From Thermoanaerobaculia bacterium (GTDB taxonomy: Bacteria > Acidobacteriota > Thermoanaerobaculia > UBA5066 > Gp7-AA6), in the NCBI GenBank assembly GCA_035263845.1, contig DATFQY010000191.1, forward strand, positions 37 through 64,036: a stretch of DNA of 64,000 bases. The letters are read 5' to 3'. Within the stretch, counting starts at the first letter, position 1. Each line of letters starts with the position of its first letter. Shown here piece by piece: positions 40,999-49,426 of the stretch. The position numbers were made by a program, and so were the translations under genes. The notes under the pieces were generated by a model, which was not told the origin of the DNA, searched no databases, and saw nothing but the letters and a program-made list of their open reading frames with translations.

Positions 40999-41774
40999 GC
41001 CCGGCGCGGCGTCCGAGGCCGCAGACCGAGCACCGAACGATTCGTACCTCGGACGGCGTGCGGATCGCGTACACCTGGTGGCGCCGGCCGTCGAAAGAAC
41101 TCCTCCTCCTCGCGCCCGGCTTCTGGAGGGTACGCCTCGCGAAGGAGAACCTCTTCCTCGCGGAACACTTCCTGCGCCAGGGCTACGACGTCGCGGCGAT
41201 CGACTTCCGCGGGCACGGCGACAGCGGGGGCGCCTACACATTCGGCACCGAGGAGCGGCAGGACTTCCTTTCCGTCGTCGAAGATCTCGTCGGAGAGGGA
41301 AAGCCGTACTCGCGCTTCGCCGTGCTCGGTTTCTCCATGGGCGGCTCGATCGCCGCCGACACCCTGGCGCGGACTCCGGATCTGCCGTGCCGGGGGCTTG
41401 CGATGGTCTGCTCGCCCGAGCACGTCTCCTCGCTTCGCCCCCGCCCCTGGAAGGCGAACGCGGCCAGACAGATCCGGATCCGGCACGTCATTCACGTTCC
41501 GCGGATCTCCGGGAGGCGGCTGCTCTCCCCCAAGCCGAAGATCTCCCGCGCGCTCGCCCGGCTGTCCATTCCCAAGCTCATCGTGACCGCCGAAGGGGAC
41601 TGGCTCGTGGATCCCTCCCAGGGCCGGGCGCTCGCGAAAGGTGCGGCCCCGCCGGTCGAGCACGTGCACCTGGCGCTCGGCGGGTCCCTCCACGCGGACG
41701 CCCTGGTGCGGTGGGCGCCGCTGGCCCTCCTGCGGCCGCTGGACCGCTGGTTCGCGAAGCACGCGCCACCTTAA
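40983..41774 (+). CDS. Alpha/beta hydrolase
   Basis: HG..SGG box with GFSMGG nucleophile elbow. Confidence 0.65.
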   Translation: MRAAVSPARRPRPQTEHRTIRTSDGVRIAYTWWRRPSKELLLLAPGFWRVRLAKENLFLAEHFLRQGYDVAAIDFRGHGDSGGAYTFGTEERQDFLSVVEDLVGEGKPYSRFAVLGFSMGGSIAADTLARTPDLPCRGLAMVCSPEHVSSLRPRPWKANAARQIRIRHVIHVPRISGRRLLSPKPKISRALARLSIPKLIVTAEGDWLVDPSQGRALAKGAAPPVEHVHLALGGSLHADALVRWAPLALLRPLDRWFAKHAPP

Positions 41775-41829
41775 GAGAATCCTCAGCCGGCACCCGACTC
41801 GCACGGATCGTGCAAATAGAATCGGAGTG

Positions 41830-43080
41830 ATGTCTCGACGGGTCGTCGTGACCGGCATCGGCTGTCTCTCCCCCAACGGCAACAGCCGCGAGGGCTACGC
41901 GCGGGCTCTGCGCGAGGGGACGAGCGGAATCGGGCGGATCTCGCTCTTCGATCCGGAGGGCCTGCCGGCGACGATCGCCGGGGAGCTGAAGGGGTTCGAC
42001 CCGTCCGCGCACCTGCCCGCCAAGGACGCGCGGCACGTGTCCCGCGCCGTGCCGATGGCCGTGGCCGCCTCGGCGGAAGCGCTGGCCGACGCGGGCATCG
42101 AGCCGGAGTCGCTGAGCCTCGAGGAGAAGCGGCAGCTCGGCGTCATCCTCGGAACGGGCGGAGGCCCCATCGAGTTCTCCGAGCGGATGTACCACCTCTA
42201 CTACACCAACCAGGTCAAGAAGGCATCCGTGTACGCGATCCCCTCCGGAACGATCGGCACGCTCTCCTCGGAGATCTCGATGATCTTCGGCTTGCGCGGC
42301 CTCTCGCACGTGATCTCGACCGGCTGCGCGTCCTCGACCGACGCGCTGGGATACGCCTTCCGCTCGATCAAGTTCGGGACTGGCGACATCTTCCTCTGCG
42401 GCGGCGTGGACGCGACGGTCGTCCGCGGGATCATGGAGGGATTCGTGATGATGCGGATCGTCTCGACCTCCTGGGAAGACGACCCGCCGCGCGCCTCGCG
42501 CCCCTTCTCCGCCGACCGCGACGGGTTCGTGCTGGGAGAGGGCGCGTGGATGTTCGTGCTCGAGGAGCGCGAGCGCGCCCGGGCCCGCGGCGCCCGCATC
42601 TACGGCGAGATCCGCGGTTACGGCGCGACCTGCGACGCCCACCACCGTGTCCGGCTGGACGAGACGGGCGAGGAGCCCGCCCGGGCCATGGCGCTGGCGC
42701 TCGAGGAGTCCGGGCTCGCGGCCGACGCGGTGGACTACCTCGCCTACCACGGGACCTCGACGGAGTTGAACGACCGCGTCGAGACTCGCGCCGTCCGCCT
42801 GGCCTTCGGGCGCCGCGCCTCGCGTCTGCCGGGCTCGTCGATCAAGTCCATGATCGGCCACCCTCAGGGAGCCTGCGGAGCGGCGGGCCTCGCCGCGACC
42901 CTCCTGGGAATGCGGGACTCCTTCCTGCCGCCGACCGTCAACCTGGATCGCCCGGACCCGGAGTGCGACCTCGACTACGTCGCCAACGAGGCGCGACGCG
43001 ACTCCTTCGAGCACGCCGTCTGCAACACGATCGGGTTCGGATCCAAGAACAGCGCGCTGGTGGTATCCCAGGCGCTCTAA
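41830..43080 (+). CDS. Beta-ketoacyl-ACP synthase (FabF/KAS-II family)
   Basis: Active-site Cys (STGCASS) and His/His (CDAHH, HGTST); C-terminal GHPQGACG. Good RBS (GGAGTG). Confidence 0.85.
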   Translation: MSRRVVVTGIGCLSPNGNSREGYARALREGTSGIGRISLFDPEGLPATIAGELKGFDPSAHLPAKDARHVSRAVPMAVAASAEALADAGIEPESLSLEEKRQLGVILGTGGGPIEFSERMYHLYYTNQVKKASVYAIPSGTIGTLSSEISMIFGLRGLSHVISTGCASSTDALGYAFRSIKFGTGDIFLCGGVDATVVRGIMEGFVMMRIVSTSWEDDPPRASRPFSADRDGFVLGEGAWMFVLEERERARARGARIYGEIRGYGATCDAHHRVRLDETGEEPARAMALALEESGLAADAVDYLAYHGTSTELNDRVETRAVRLAFGRRASRLPGSSIKSMIGHPQGACGAAGLAATLLGMRDSFLPPTVNLDRPDPECDLDYVANEARRDSFEHAVCNTIGFGSKNSALVVSQAL

Positions 43081-43104
43081 GGTCTAAGCTCGGAGGCCGG
43101 GACG

Positions 43105-43809
43105 ATGTCGTTTCTGGTTCCGGCCCGCCGTCCTTCGAAGGAGCTCCTCGACGATCCCGACTTCCCCGCCGAGGATTTGCCGCTCTACTTCGACGACCTC
43201 GAGCTGGTGGACCGGCTCTGGGGCAACTCGCGCCTGCTGGCGGGCCACCTCGAAAAAAACCTGAAGAGCCAGGATGGCGTTCCCCTCACCGTCCTCGACG
43301 TCGGCGCGGGATCTGGTCACGTCTCCTCGGAGATCGCGGCCCGTCTCCGGCGCAGGGGCCGGTCGGCCCGGGTCGTCGCGCTCGACATCCAGTGGAGCCA
43401 CCTCGCCGCGGGGCACGCGCACGACGGCGCGGGAACGGCCCGCGCCGCTGCCGACGCCTTCGAGCTCCCTTTCCGGGACGACTCGGCGGACTGGATCGTC
43501 TCCGCCCTGTTCTTCCACCACTTCTCCCCGGAGGAGAACGTCCGGCTTCTGCGCGAGCTCTCGCGGGTGGCGAGGCTCGGCTTCGCTCTCGTGGACATCC
43601 GCAGGCACCGTTTCCTGCTCTCGTTCTTCCGGATCGCGGGCCGGCTGCGCCTGGGCTGCCCCGCGTCGCTGGAGGACGGCATCGCCTCCGTGCGCCAGGC
43701 TTACACGGTCGAGGAAGCGAGGGAGATCGCCGAGCGCGCTGTCCCCGGCGCCCGCGTGCGCCGCGTGTTCCCCTACCGCCTCCTGGTCTTCAAGCCTCCT
43801 CCCCATTGA
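43105..43809 (+). CDS. Class I SAM-dependent methyltransferase
   Basis: LDVGAGSGH motif I. Confidence 0.7.
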   Translation: MSFLVPARRPSKELLDDPDFPAEDLPLYFDDLELVDRLWGNSRLLAGHLEKNLKSQDGVPLTVLDVGAGSGHVSSEIAARLRRRGRSARVVALDIQWSHLAAGHAHDGAGTARAAADAFELPFRDDSADWIVSALFFHHFSPEENVRLLRELSRVARLGFALVDIRRHRFLLSFFRIAGRLRLGCPASLEDGIASVRQAYTVEEAREIAERAVPGARVRRVFPYRLLVFKPPPH

Positions 43810-44939
43810 CGACGCGCTTCGACGCGGCGGTCATCGGCGCCGGGCCGGCGGGGAGCGCGGCCGCCGCGATCCTGGCGGAGGCCGGCCGCCGGGTCCTGCT
43901 GCTGGAGAAAGACCGGTTTCCGCGGCCGAAGGTCTGCGGGGAATTCCTATCGGGAGACGCAATGGCCTCCCTCGACCGGCTCGGCGTCCGCAAGCGGGTC
44001 GATCGGGCGAGGCCAGAGCGGATCTCCCGCGGCCGGATCCACCCTCCGCGGGGACGCGGGATCTCCTTCGACCTGCCGTTTCCCGCTCTCGGGATCTCGC
44101 GGTTCCTCCTCGACGATCTGCTCGCGCGGCGGGCGGCGGAGGCGGGCGCGAACGTCCGCTTCGGAGCGCGGGTCTCCTTCGTCCGGCGGGAAGAGCCCGC
44201 CGGGTTTCGAATTCGCGTCGTCGAAGGGGGCGAAGAGTCGGACCTGGAAGCGGGCGCCGTCATCGGCGCGTGGGGGCGGTGGGATTCGCTCGACCGGCGG
44301 CTGGAGCGCGGGTTCCTGGCGAAGCGCCGTAGGTTCTTCGCGTGGAGCCGCGACTACACGGGCGACACCGGGCCACTCGCCGGAGAGGTCCGCCTCTACC
44401 TCTTCGATGGAGGCTACTGCGGCTTGACCCGCGTCGAAGGCGGCGCCGCCAACCTCGCCGGGGTCGTTTCGGAGAAAACGTTCCGCCGGCGCGGCTCCCG
44501 GTGGGACGCGATCTGCGCGCACGCGCGCGCCACGAACCAGTTCCTCGATGCCGACCTGTCGCGTCTGGCGCCGGGACCGATCGGCTTTCTCGGAACCGGG
44601 CCCGTCTACTTCACCGCGAAGCCGCCCGTCGAGGACGGGATGCTGATGGCGGGGGACGCCGCCGGCTTCCTCGATCCGTTCTCCGGCGAGGGCCAGGCCT
44701 CCGCGCTCCTCTCGGGGATCCTCGCCGGGGAGACCGCCGAGCTGTTTCTGTCAGGAAGGTTCCCGCGCGAGAAGCTCGCGGAAACCTACGAGAAGGCGTG
44801 GCGCAGCCGCTTCTCGCCGCGGTTCCAGTGGAGCGCCCGGCTTCGGACGCTGATGCTCAACCCCGCCGCCGGCGCTCTCGCCGCGTGGCTCCTGGGCGAC
44901 CGCCTGGCCCGCTTCGGCTTCGCCGCCACGCGGCGGTGA
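43806..44939 (+). CDS. FAD-dependent oxidoreductase, geranylgeranyl-reductase family
   Basis: AVIGAGPAGSAAA dinucleotide motif and GDAAGFLDPFSGEG. Confidence 0.7.
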   Translation: MTTRFDAAVIGAGPAGSAAAAILAEAGRRVLLLEKDRFPRPKVCGEFLSGDAMASLDRLGVRKRVDRARPERISRGRIHPPRGRGISFDLPFPALGISRFLLDDLLARRAAEAGANVRFGARVSFVRREEPAGFRIRVVEGGEESDLEAGAVIGAWGRWDSLDRRLERGFLAKRRRFFAWSRDYTGDTGPLAGEVRLYLFDGGYCGLTRVEGGAANLAGVVSEKTFRRRGSRWDAICAHARATNQFLDADLSRLAPGPIGFLGTGPVYFTAKPPVEDGMLMAGDAAGFLDPFSGEGQASALLSGILAGETAELFLSGRFPREKLAETYEKAWRSRFSPRFQWSARLRTLMLNPAAGALAAWLLGDRLARFGFAATRR

Positions 44940-44942
44940 CCG

Positions 44943-45653
44943 CTACAGCCCCCTAGCTCCCTCCGGAGTGAAGAGCGCGTCGTCGAGCTTGCCGGGCCGG
45001 TAGTCGAGGTACTCGAGCTTCGTCACCGACTTCGGGTCCTTCGACAGCAGGTCGCGGATCTCCATCTCCGAGACGATCGTCTTCCCGGCCTTCGTCGAGA
45101 ACTTCGTGAAGGTGATCTCCTTGGCTTCCTTCCCCGACGGGAGGTGGAAGAGGACCTTCACGGGGAGTTTCTCCGCCTCGTTCCACCAGAGAAGGACACG
45201 AGGGTAGGGAGCGGTGGGCGACCTGGCCGTCAGCTCCAGAACGCGGCACGGCTTTCCGTTCACGGTGTCGGTCTCGGGCTTGAGCGTCGCGGTGTAGTCC
45301 ACGGAGAAGCGCAGGCTGGCGACGTCGGCCATCGAGGCGCCGCCGAGAAGCCGCTGGTTGGGCGTGACGGGAATCGGCCGGCTCGCGCCCGGGATCAGAA
45401 TCCACATCCTCGGCCCGTCGGTCAGAACTTTGCGCCCCTTGTTCCCCCCGCTTCGGAAAACGATGACTCCGCGATCGCGCCCCTTCGTGTACACCTCGAA
45501 GTCCGTGGATTGGCCCGGCTTCCCATCGGTCACCTGGGTAGCCCTGGCCGAGATGACCGCCTCGTCGAACGCGTTGCGCGTGGCATCCGCGATCTGCAGC
45601 CACGACTGCACGTCCGGCGCCGCCGCCAGTAAAGCGATCAAGAGAGCTCTCAT
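44943..45653 (-). CDS. LolA-like outer-membrane lipoprotein carrier/sorting protein
   Basis: Signal peptide; about 237-aa LolA_like fold; immediately downstream of the ABC pair. Confidence 0.55.
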   Translation of the reverse strand: MRALLIALLAAAPDVQSWLQIADATRNAFDEAVISARATQVTDGKPGQSTDFEVYTKGRDRGVIVFRSGGNKGRKVLTDGPRMWILIPGASRPIPVTPNQRLLGGASMADVASLRFSVDYTATLKPETDTVNGKPCRVLELTARSPTAPYPRVLLWWNEAEKLPVKVLFHLPSGKEAKEITFTKFSTKAGKTIVSEMEIRDLLSKDPKSVTKLEYLDYRPGKLDDALFTPEGARGL

Positions 45654-45707
45654 GGAATCTTCAACGTCGGGGCGGCGATCAGTCTTCCTCAAAGGGGCGG
45701 CGAGGCC

Positions 45708-45818
45708 GGGTCCAATGGACCTTGGACGAACCTTTGACCTTGGACTTGGGACTTTCGACACACTGGACCTTGGACTTTGGACGTGCGACCGACCTTGGAC
45801 CTTGGACCTTGGACCGTC
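45708..45818 (-). repeat. Degenerate (GGTCCAA)n / (CTTGGAC)n heptamer array, about 14 units
   Basis: Read directly. Lies between the tandem TGATGA stops of the permease and the lolA-like start. Confidence 0.55.
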
Positions 45819-45819
45819 A

Positions 45820-47043
45820 TCAGATATGGGCGAGCGCTTCGACTATGGAAACCCGTGACGCCCGTCGTGCCGGGAAGTACGACGCCACCACCATGGTCGC
45901 GATCATCGCCAACAGACCGGCGGCGTACGCCAGCGGGTAGAAACGAACGTTGATCGGCATCCCGTGGGTCGCGCCGGGAGGAGGCGGGAGGATGATCCCC
46001 GAGGCGTTCAGGACGGCGCGGATCGCGAGCGCGAGAACCATTCCGGCAACGCAGCCGACGGCCGCCAGCGCGATCCCCTCGACGAGGAACATCCGCAGGA
46101 TCCCGGCCGGCCGGGTGCCGAGCGCGCGCAGCGTCCCGATCTCGCGCGTCCTCTCGGAGACCGCCATCGTCATGACGATCGCCGCCGACAGGATGACGAT
46201 GACGACGAGCACCGCCCCAACGAATCCGAAGATCCCGATGTAGAGCAGCTTGACCTGGCCGTAGAAGACCGCGAGCTCTTTCCAGTGGCGGATGACGACG
46301 TCGTAGCCGGCCGCCTTCAGCTCGCTTCCGATCCTCGCGGCGGCGCGGTTCTCGTCGGCGTCGCGTCTCAAGAAGACCACGAGCTTGGTCACCGTCTCCG
46401 GGCTCTGCAGCAGCCGCGCGGCGAGGCCGATCCCGCACGCGAGGTACCGGTCGTTCAACTCCTTGATGCGGACGTCGGCAAGGCCGGCGACCACGGCGTC
46501 CACCGCGTTCAACGACCCGTCGGGAGTCGTCGCCATGAGGGTGAGCCCGTCGCCCGGCTTGACCTGGAGCGCTGACGCGAGACCGGTGCCCAGGACGACG
46601 CCGTCGCCGCCGTCTCCCGACAGGTACTTGCCCGACACGACGAGGTCCCGCGCGCCGGTGGCCTTGCCCTCCGGGTCCGGGTCCACTCCTACTCCCAGGT
46701 AGGGAACGGACTTGGCTCCGGCCACTGCGAGGCCGACGAACTCGATGCGCGGAAGGACGGCCGAGACGGCGGGGTCCTTCGCGACGGCGGAGCGCGCGCG
46801 CGAGGACTCCTTCAACCCGAACTCCAGCGTCCTCTCCTCGGCCCGGTCCACGGACCTGCGGTCCACCGCCTGGAGCTGCCCGACCGTCTGGATGGTCCCC
46901 TCGCGAAGCCCCTCGAAGGACTGCGCGATGAACCCTCCCGCCAGCGCGAAGGCGGCGAACCCGAAGGCCACGACCGTCCCCATCAGGATGGTCCGCCGGC
47001 GCTGCCGGACCAGGTTGCGCCACGCGAGCGACAGAGAGCTCAT
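45820..47043 (-). CDS. ABC transporter permease, FtsX/LolC/E family
   Basis: 407 aa: N-terminal TM, large periplasmic loop, three C-terminal TM segments. Confidence 0.75.
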   Translation of the reverse strand: MSSLSLAWRNLVRQRRRTILMGTVVAFGFAAFALAGGFIAQSFEGLREGTIQTVGQLQAVDRRSVDRAEERTLEFGLKESSRARSAVAKDPAVSAVLPRIEFVGLAVAGAKSVPYLGVGVDPDPEGKATGARDLVVSGKYLSGDGGDGVVLGTGLASALQVKPGDGLTLMATTPDGSLNAVDAVVAGLADVRIKELNDRYLACGIGLAARLLQSPETVTKLVVFLRRDADENRAAARIGSELKAAGYDVVIRHWKELAVFYGQVKLLYIGIFGFVGAVLVVIVILSAAIVMTMAVSERTREIGTLRALGTRPAGILRMFLVEGIALAAVGCVAGMVLALAIRAVLNASGIILPPPPGATHGMPINVRFYPLAYAAGLLAMIATMVVASYFPARRASRVSIVEALAHI

Positions 47044-47765
47044 CTCGCCGCCCCGTCGCTCTCGACTAAGCCGTCGTGGAGGCGAACCACGCGGCGCGCC
47101 CGCGCGACCACGCGGGGGTCGTGCGTCGCGAAGAGAAACGCCACGGAGCTCTCCTCGTTGATCTTCCGCATCAGGTCGAGGATCTCCTCGGCGGTGCGCG
47201 AGTCCAGGTTCGCCGTCGGCTCGTCGGCGAAGACGATCGCGGGCCGATTGGCGAGCGCGCGGGCGATCGCGACGCGCTGGCGCTGCCCTCCCGAGAGGAG
47301 ATCCGGCCTCACCGCCAGCTTCTCGCCGAGGCCGACGGCCGTGAGAAGCTCCCGCGCCCTCTGGCGCCGCTCCTCGGGGGCCCTGCCCGCGATGACCATC
47401 GGGTAGGCGACGTTCTCCTCGGAGGAGAGGACCGGGATGAGGTTGAAGGTCTGGAAGACGAACCCGAAACGGTCGCGCCGCAGGTCCGACCGCGCGTTCT
47501 CGGAGAGCGACTCCCCTTCCCGCCCCTCGATAAGGATCGTCCCCTCGTCCGGCCGGTCGAGCAGCCCGAGAAGGTTCAGCAGGGTCGTCTTGCCCGATCC
47601 GCTCGGCCCCTGGAGGGCGACGAACTCGCCGGGCGCGATCGTGAGCGTCACGCCGCGAAGGGCGGCGACCTGGGAGGCGCCGAGCCGGTAGTTGCGCGAG
47701 AGGCCCTTCGCCTCGACGAGCGGCTCCCGGTCCCGGCGGATCCCCTGCGACTGCGGCTCGCCCAA
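47040..47765 (-). CDS. ABC transporter ATP-binding protein (LolD/MacB-like)
   Basis: Walker A GPSGSGKTT, signature LSGGQRQR, Walker B. Confidence 0.85.
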   Translation of the reverse strand: MGEPQSQGIRRDREPLVEAKGLSRNYRLGASQVAALRGVTLTIAPGEFVALQGPSGSGKTTLLNLLGLLDRPDEGTILIEGREGESLSENARSDLRRDRFGFVFQTFNLIPVLSSEENVAYPMVIAGRAPEERRQRARELLTAVGLGEKLAVRPDLLSGGQRQRVAIARALANRPAIVFADEPTANLDSRTAEEILDLMRKINEESSVAFLFATHDPRVVARARRVVRLHDGLVESDGAAR

Positions 47766-47792
47766 GCGGCCGCAGTTTACCCAAGCCGCGGC

Positions 47793-49103
47793 TTACGCCG
47801 GGCCCACCCCCACCACCTCGAGCTCCACCCGCCGGTTCTTCGCGCGGCCTTCGTCGGTGCTGTTGCTGGCGACTGGCTTGCTCAACCCCTCGCCGCGGAC
47901 CTGGAGCTTCTTGGGATCCACCCCGAGGCTGACGAGGTAATCGCGAACCGACTGCGCCCGACGCAGGGAGAGCTTCTTGTTGTAGGCCGCCGTACCCTTG
48001 TTGTCGGTGTGGCCCGTGATGATCACCTTGTCCGCGCGGGAGAGCTTCTCCCTCGCTTCCTCGCGGTAGGACTTGATGGCCTCCTTCCCTTCCGGTTTCA
48101 GAACGGCCTTGTCGAAATCGAAGAGCACCGCGTCGAAGAGGATGGTTTTCTCCCTCGCAGGCGCGGGCGCCGGCGCCCTCGGAGCAGGAGCGGGGGCGGG
48201 GGCCGGAGGAGGCGGCGCGGAGGCGACCTGGGGCGGCGGGAACTCATAGCTGACGGTGTACTGGCGCGTGGTCCTGGTGCCCATCTTCTGGAAGGCCGCC
48301 ACCATGTCGCCGCCCTTCCCGGCCTTGCGGGCCATGCCCTTGGTTCCTTCGGCAAACTTCGCGAAGAAGGGATCCATGTTCGGACCCGGCATCGAATCGA
48401 CCAGGAACACGCAGAGGTTGTCGATGCCCTGTGCGGCCTGGGCGACGACGTCGCCCTTGAAGGCGCTGTTCAGGTCCTCGCCATCCGAGAAGACCCAGAT
48501 GCACCGCGACTCGCTGGCCGGCGCAGCCTTGAGGAGAACCAGGCCGGCGTACATCTCCTCGTAGAGGTAGGTGTTGTCGGTGATGTTCTTCTTCAGGTAG
48601 GCCTTGTTCGCGTAATCCTGAAGCTCGGCGGGCTTGTTCGACTTGAAGGTGTCGACATGGACGTTGCGATCGCCCATCTTCACGACCTTCCCGTCGCGGA
48701 GGATGACGATCTGCGCGTCGTCGGCGGGGCGGATCGTCTGGATCACGGCGCTCGCCTCGGCAAGCTGCGGCTGGATCCTCCGGCGCTCCTCGATCGAATA
48801 AGAGTTGTCCAGCACGAGGACAACGTGCCGCGGAACGTCCACGGTCTTGTCCACCGACTCGACCGAGACGATCCTTCCCGTCTCGCCTCCTCGCGACACC
48901 GTGAAATCCCGGGCGGTCAACGAGGGGACGGGCTCTTTCCTGGAATCCAGGACGGTCACGAGGGCCTTGCCCTCCCCCATGGTCCGGTCAATCGTCACCG
49001 TCGCGTCGGACCGGGTCGTCCCGATCCGGACGTCCTGCGCAACCAGGACTGCTCCCCAAGCCATCAGGGCGACCAGGAAAACGGATGTGCGCTTGATCAA
49101 CAT
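47793..49103 (-). CDS. vWA-domain / OmpA-domain outer-membrane-associated protein
   Basis: Signal peptide, vWA domain, Pro/Ala linker, C-terminal OmpA_C (TDNKGTAAYNKKLSLRRAQSV). Confidence 0.7.
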   Translation of the reverse strand: MLIKRTSVFLVALMAWGAVLVAQDVRIGTTRSDATVTIDRTMGEGKALVTVLDSRKEPVPSLTARDFTVSRGGETGRIVSVESVDKTVDVPRHVVLVLDNSYSIEERRRIQPQLAEASAVIQTIRPADDAQIVILRDGKVVKMGDRNVHVDTFKSNKPAELQDYANKAYLKKNITDNTYLYEEMYAGLVLLKAAPASESRCIWVFSDGEDLNSAFKGDVVAQAAQGIDNLCVFLVDSMPGPNMDPFFAKFAEGTKGMARKAGKGGDMVAAFQKMGTRTTRQYTVSYEFPPPQVASAPPPPAPAPAPAPRAPAPAPAREKTILFDAVLFDFDKAVLKPEGKEAIKSYREEAREKLSRADKVIITGHTDNKGTAAYNKKLSLRRAQSVRDYLVSLGVDPKKLQVRGEGLSKPVASNSTDEGRAKNRRVELEVVGVGPA

Positions 49104-49294
49104 GACCTTCCTTCCCCCTCTCCGGGCTTCCGTTCTGGCCCGCCCGCAAACACTTCCGAGGATGCGGGCGGTCGACCCCGATGCCCGTTCTCGACGGCCG
49201 TACGGATGCTGCAATCCTGCTGAAACTCTCCCACTTCCGGCCATTCCCTTTGATTCAACCGCACCAACACCAAAGTTCATTGATAATCCGCGCC

Positions 49295-49392
49295 GGAAGC
49301 GCATGGGGCCTGGTGGCTCTCGCGGACTTCAAATCCGTCGGCGTCGCGGTTATGCCGGGACGGGTGGGTTCGATTCCCACACGCTTCCGCCA
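49295..49392 (+). tRNA. selC: tRNA-Sec (anticodon UCA)
   Basis: Folded by hand: 7-bp acceptor stem GGAAGCG/CGCTTCC, 6-bp D-stem with 4-nt loop, anticodon loop CTTCAAA, long variable arm, T-arm GTGGG-TTCGATT-CCCAC, G discriminator and CCA. Confidence 0.75.
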
Positions 49393-49395
49393 CCG

Positions 49396-49425
49396 ACCCG
49401 CCCCTCGCAGCGGAGGGTTTCTTGC
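49396..49425 (+). terminator. Hairpin CCCTCGCAGCGGAGGG followed by TTTCTT, downstream of selC
   Basis: Read directly. Confidence 0.35.
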
Positions 49426-49426
49426 C

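Noticed and set aside
38986-41241. 751-aa minus-strand ORF
   Set aside because: Only the C-terminal 252 aa (DUF4388) are plausible. The upstream part is antisense to moeA and of low complexity.
45820-47784. 654-aa ORF suggesting a fused ABC ATPase-permease
   Set aside because: The N-terminal 247 aa are an out-of-frame reading of the ATPase gene. The permease starts at the ATG at 47043, which overlaps the ATPase stop.
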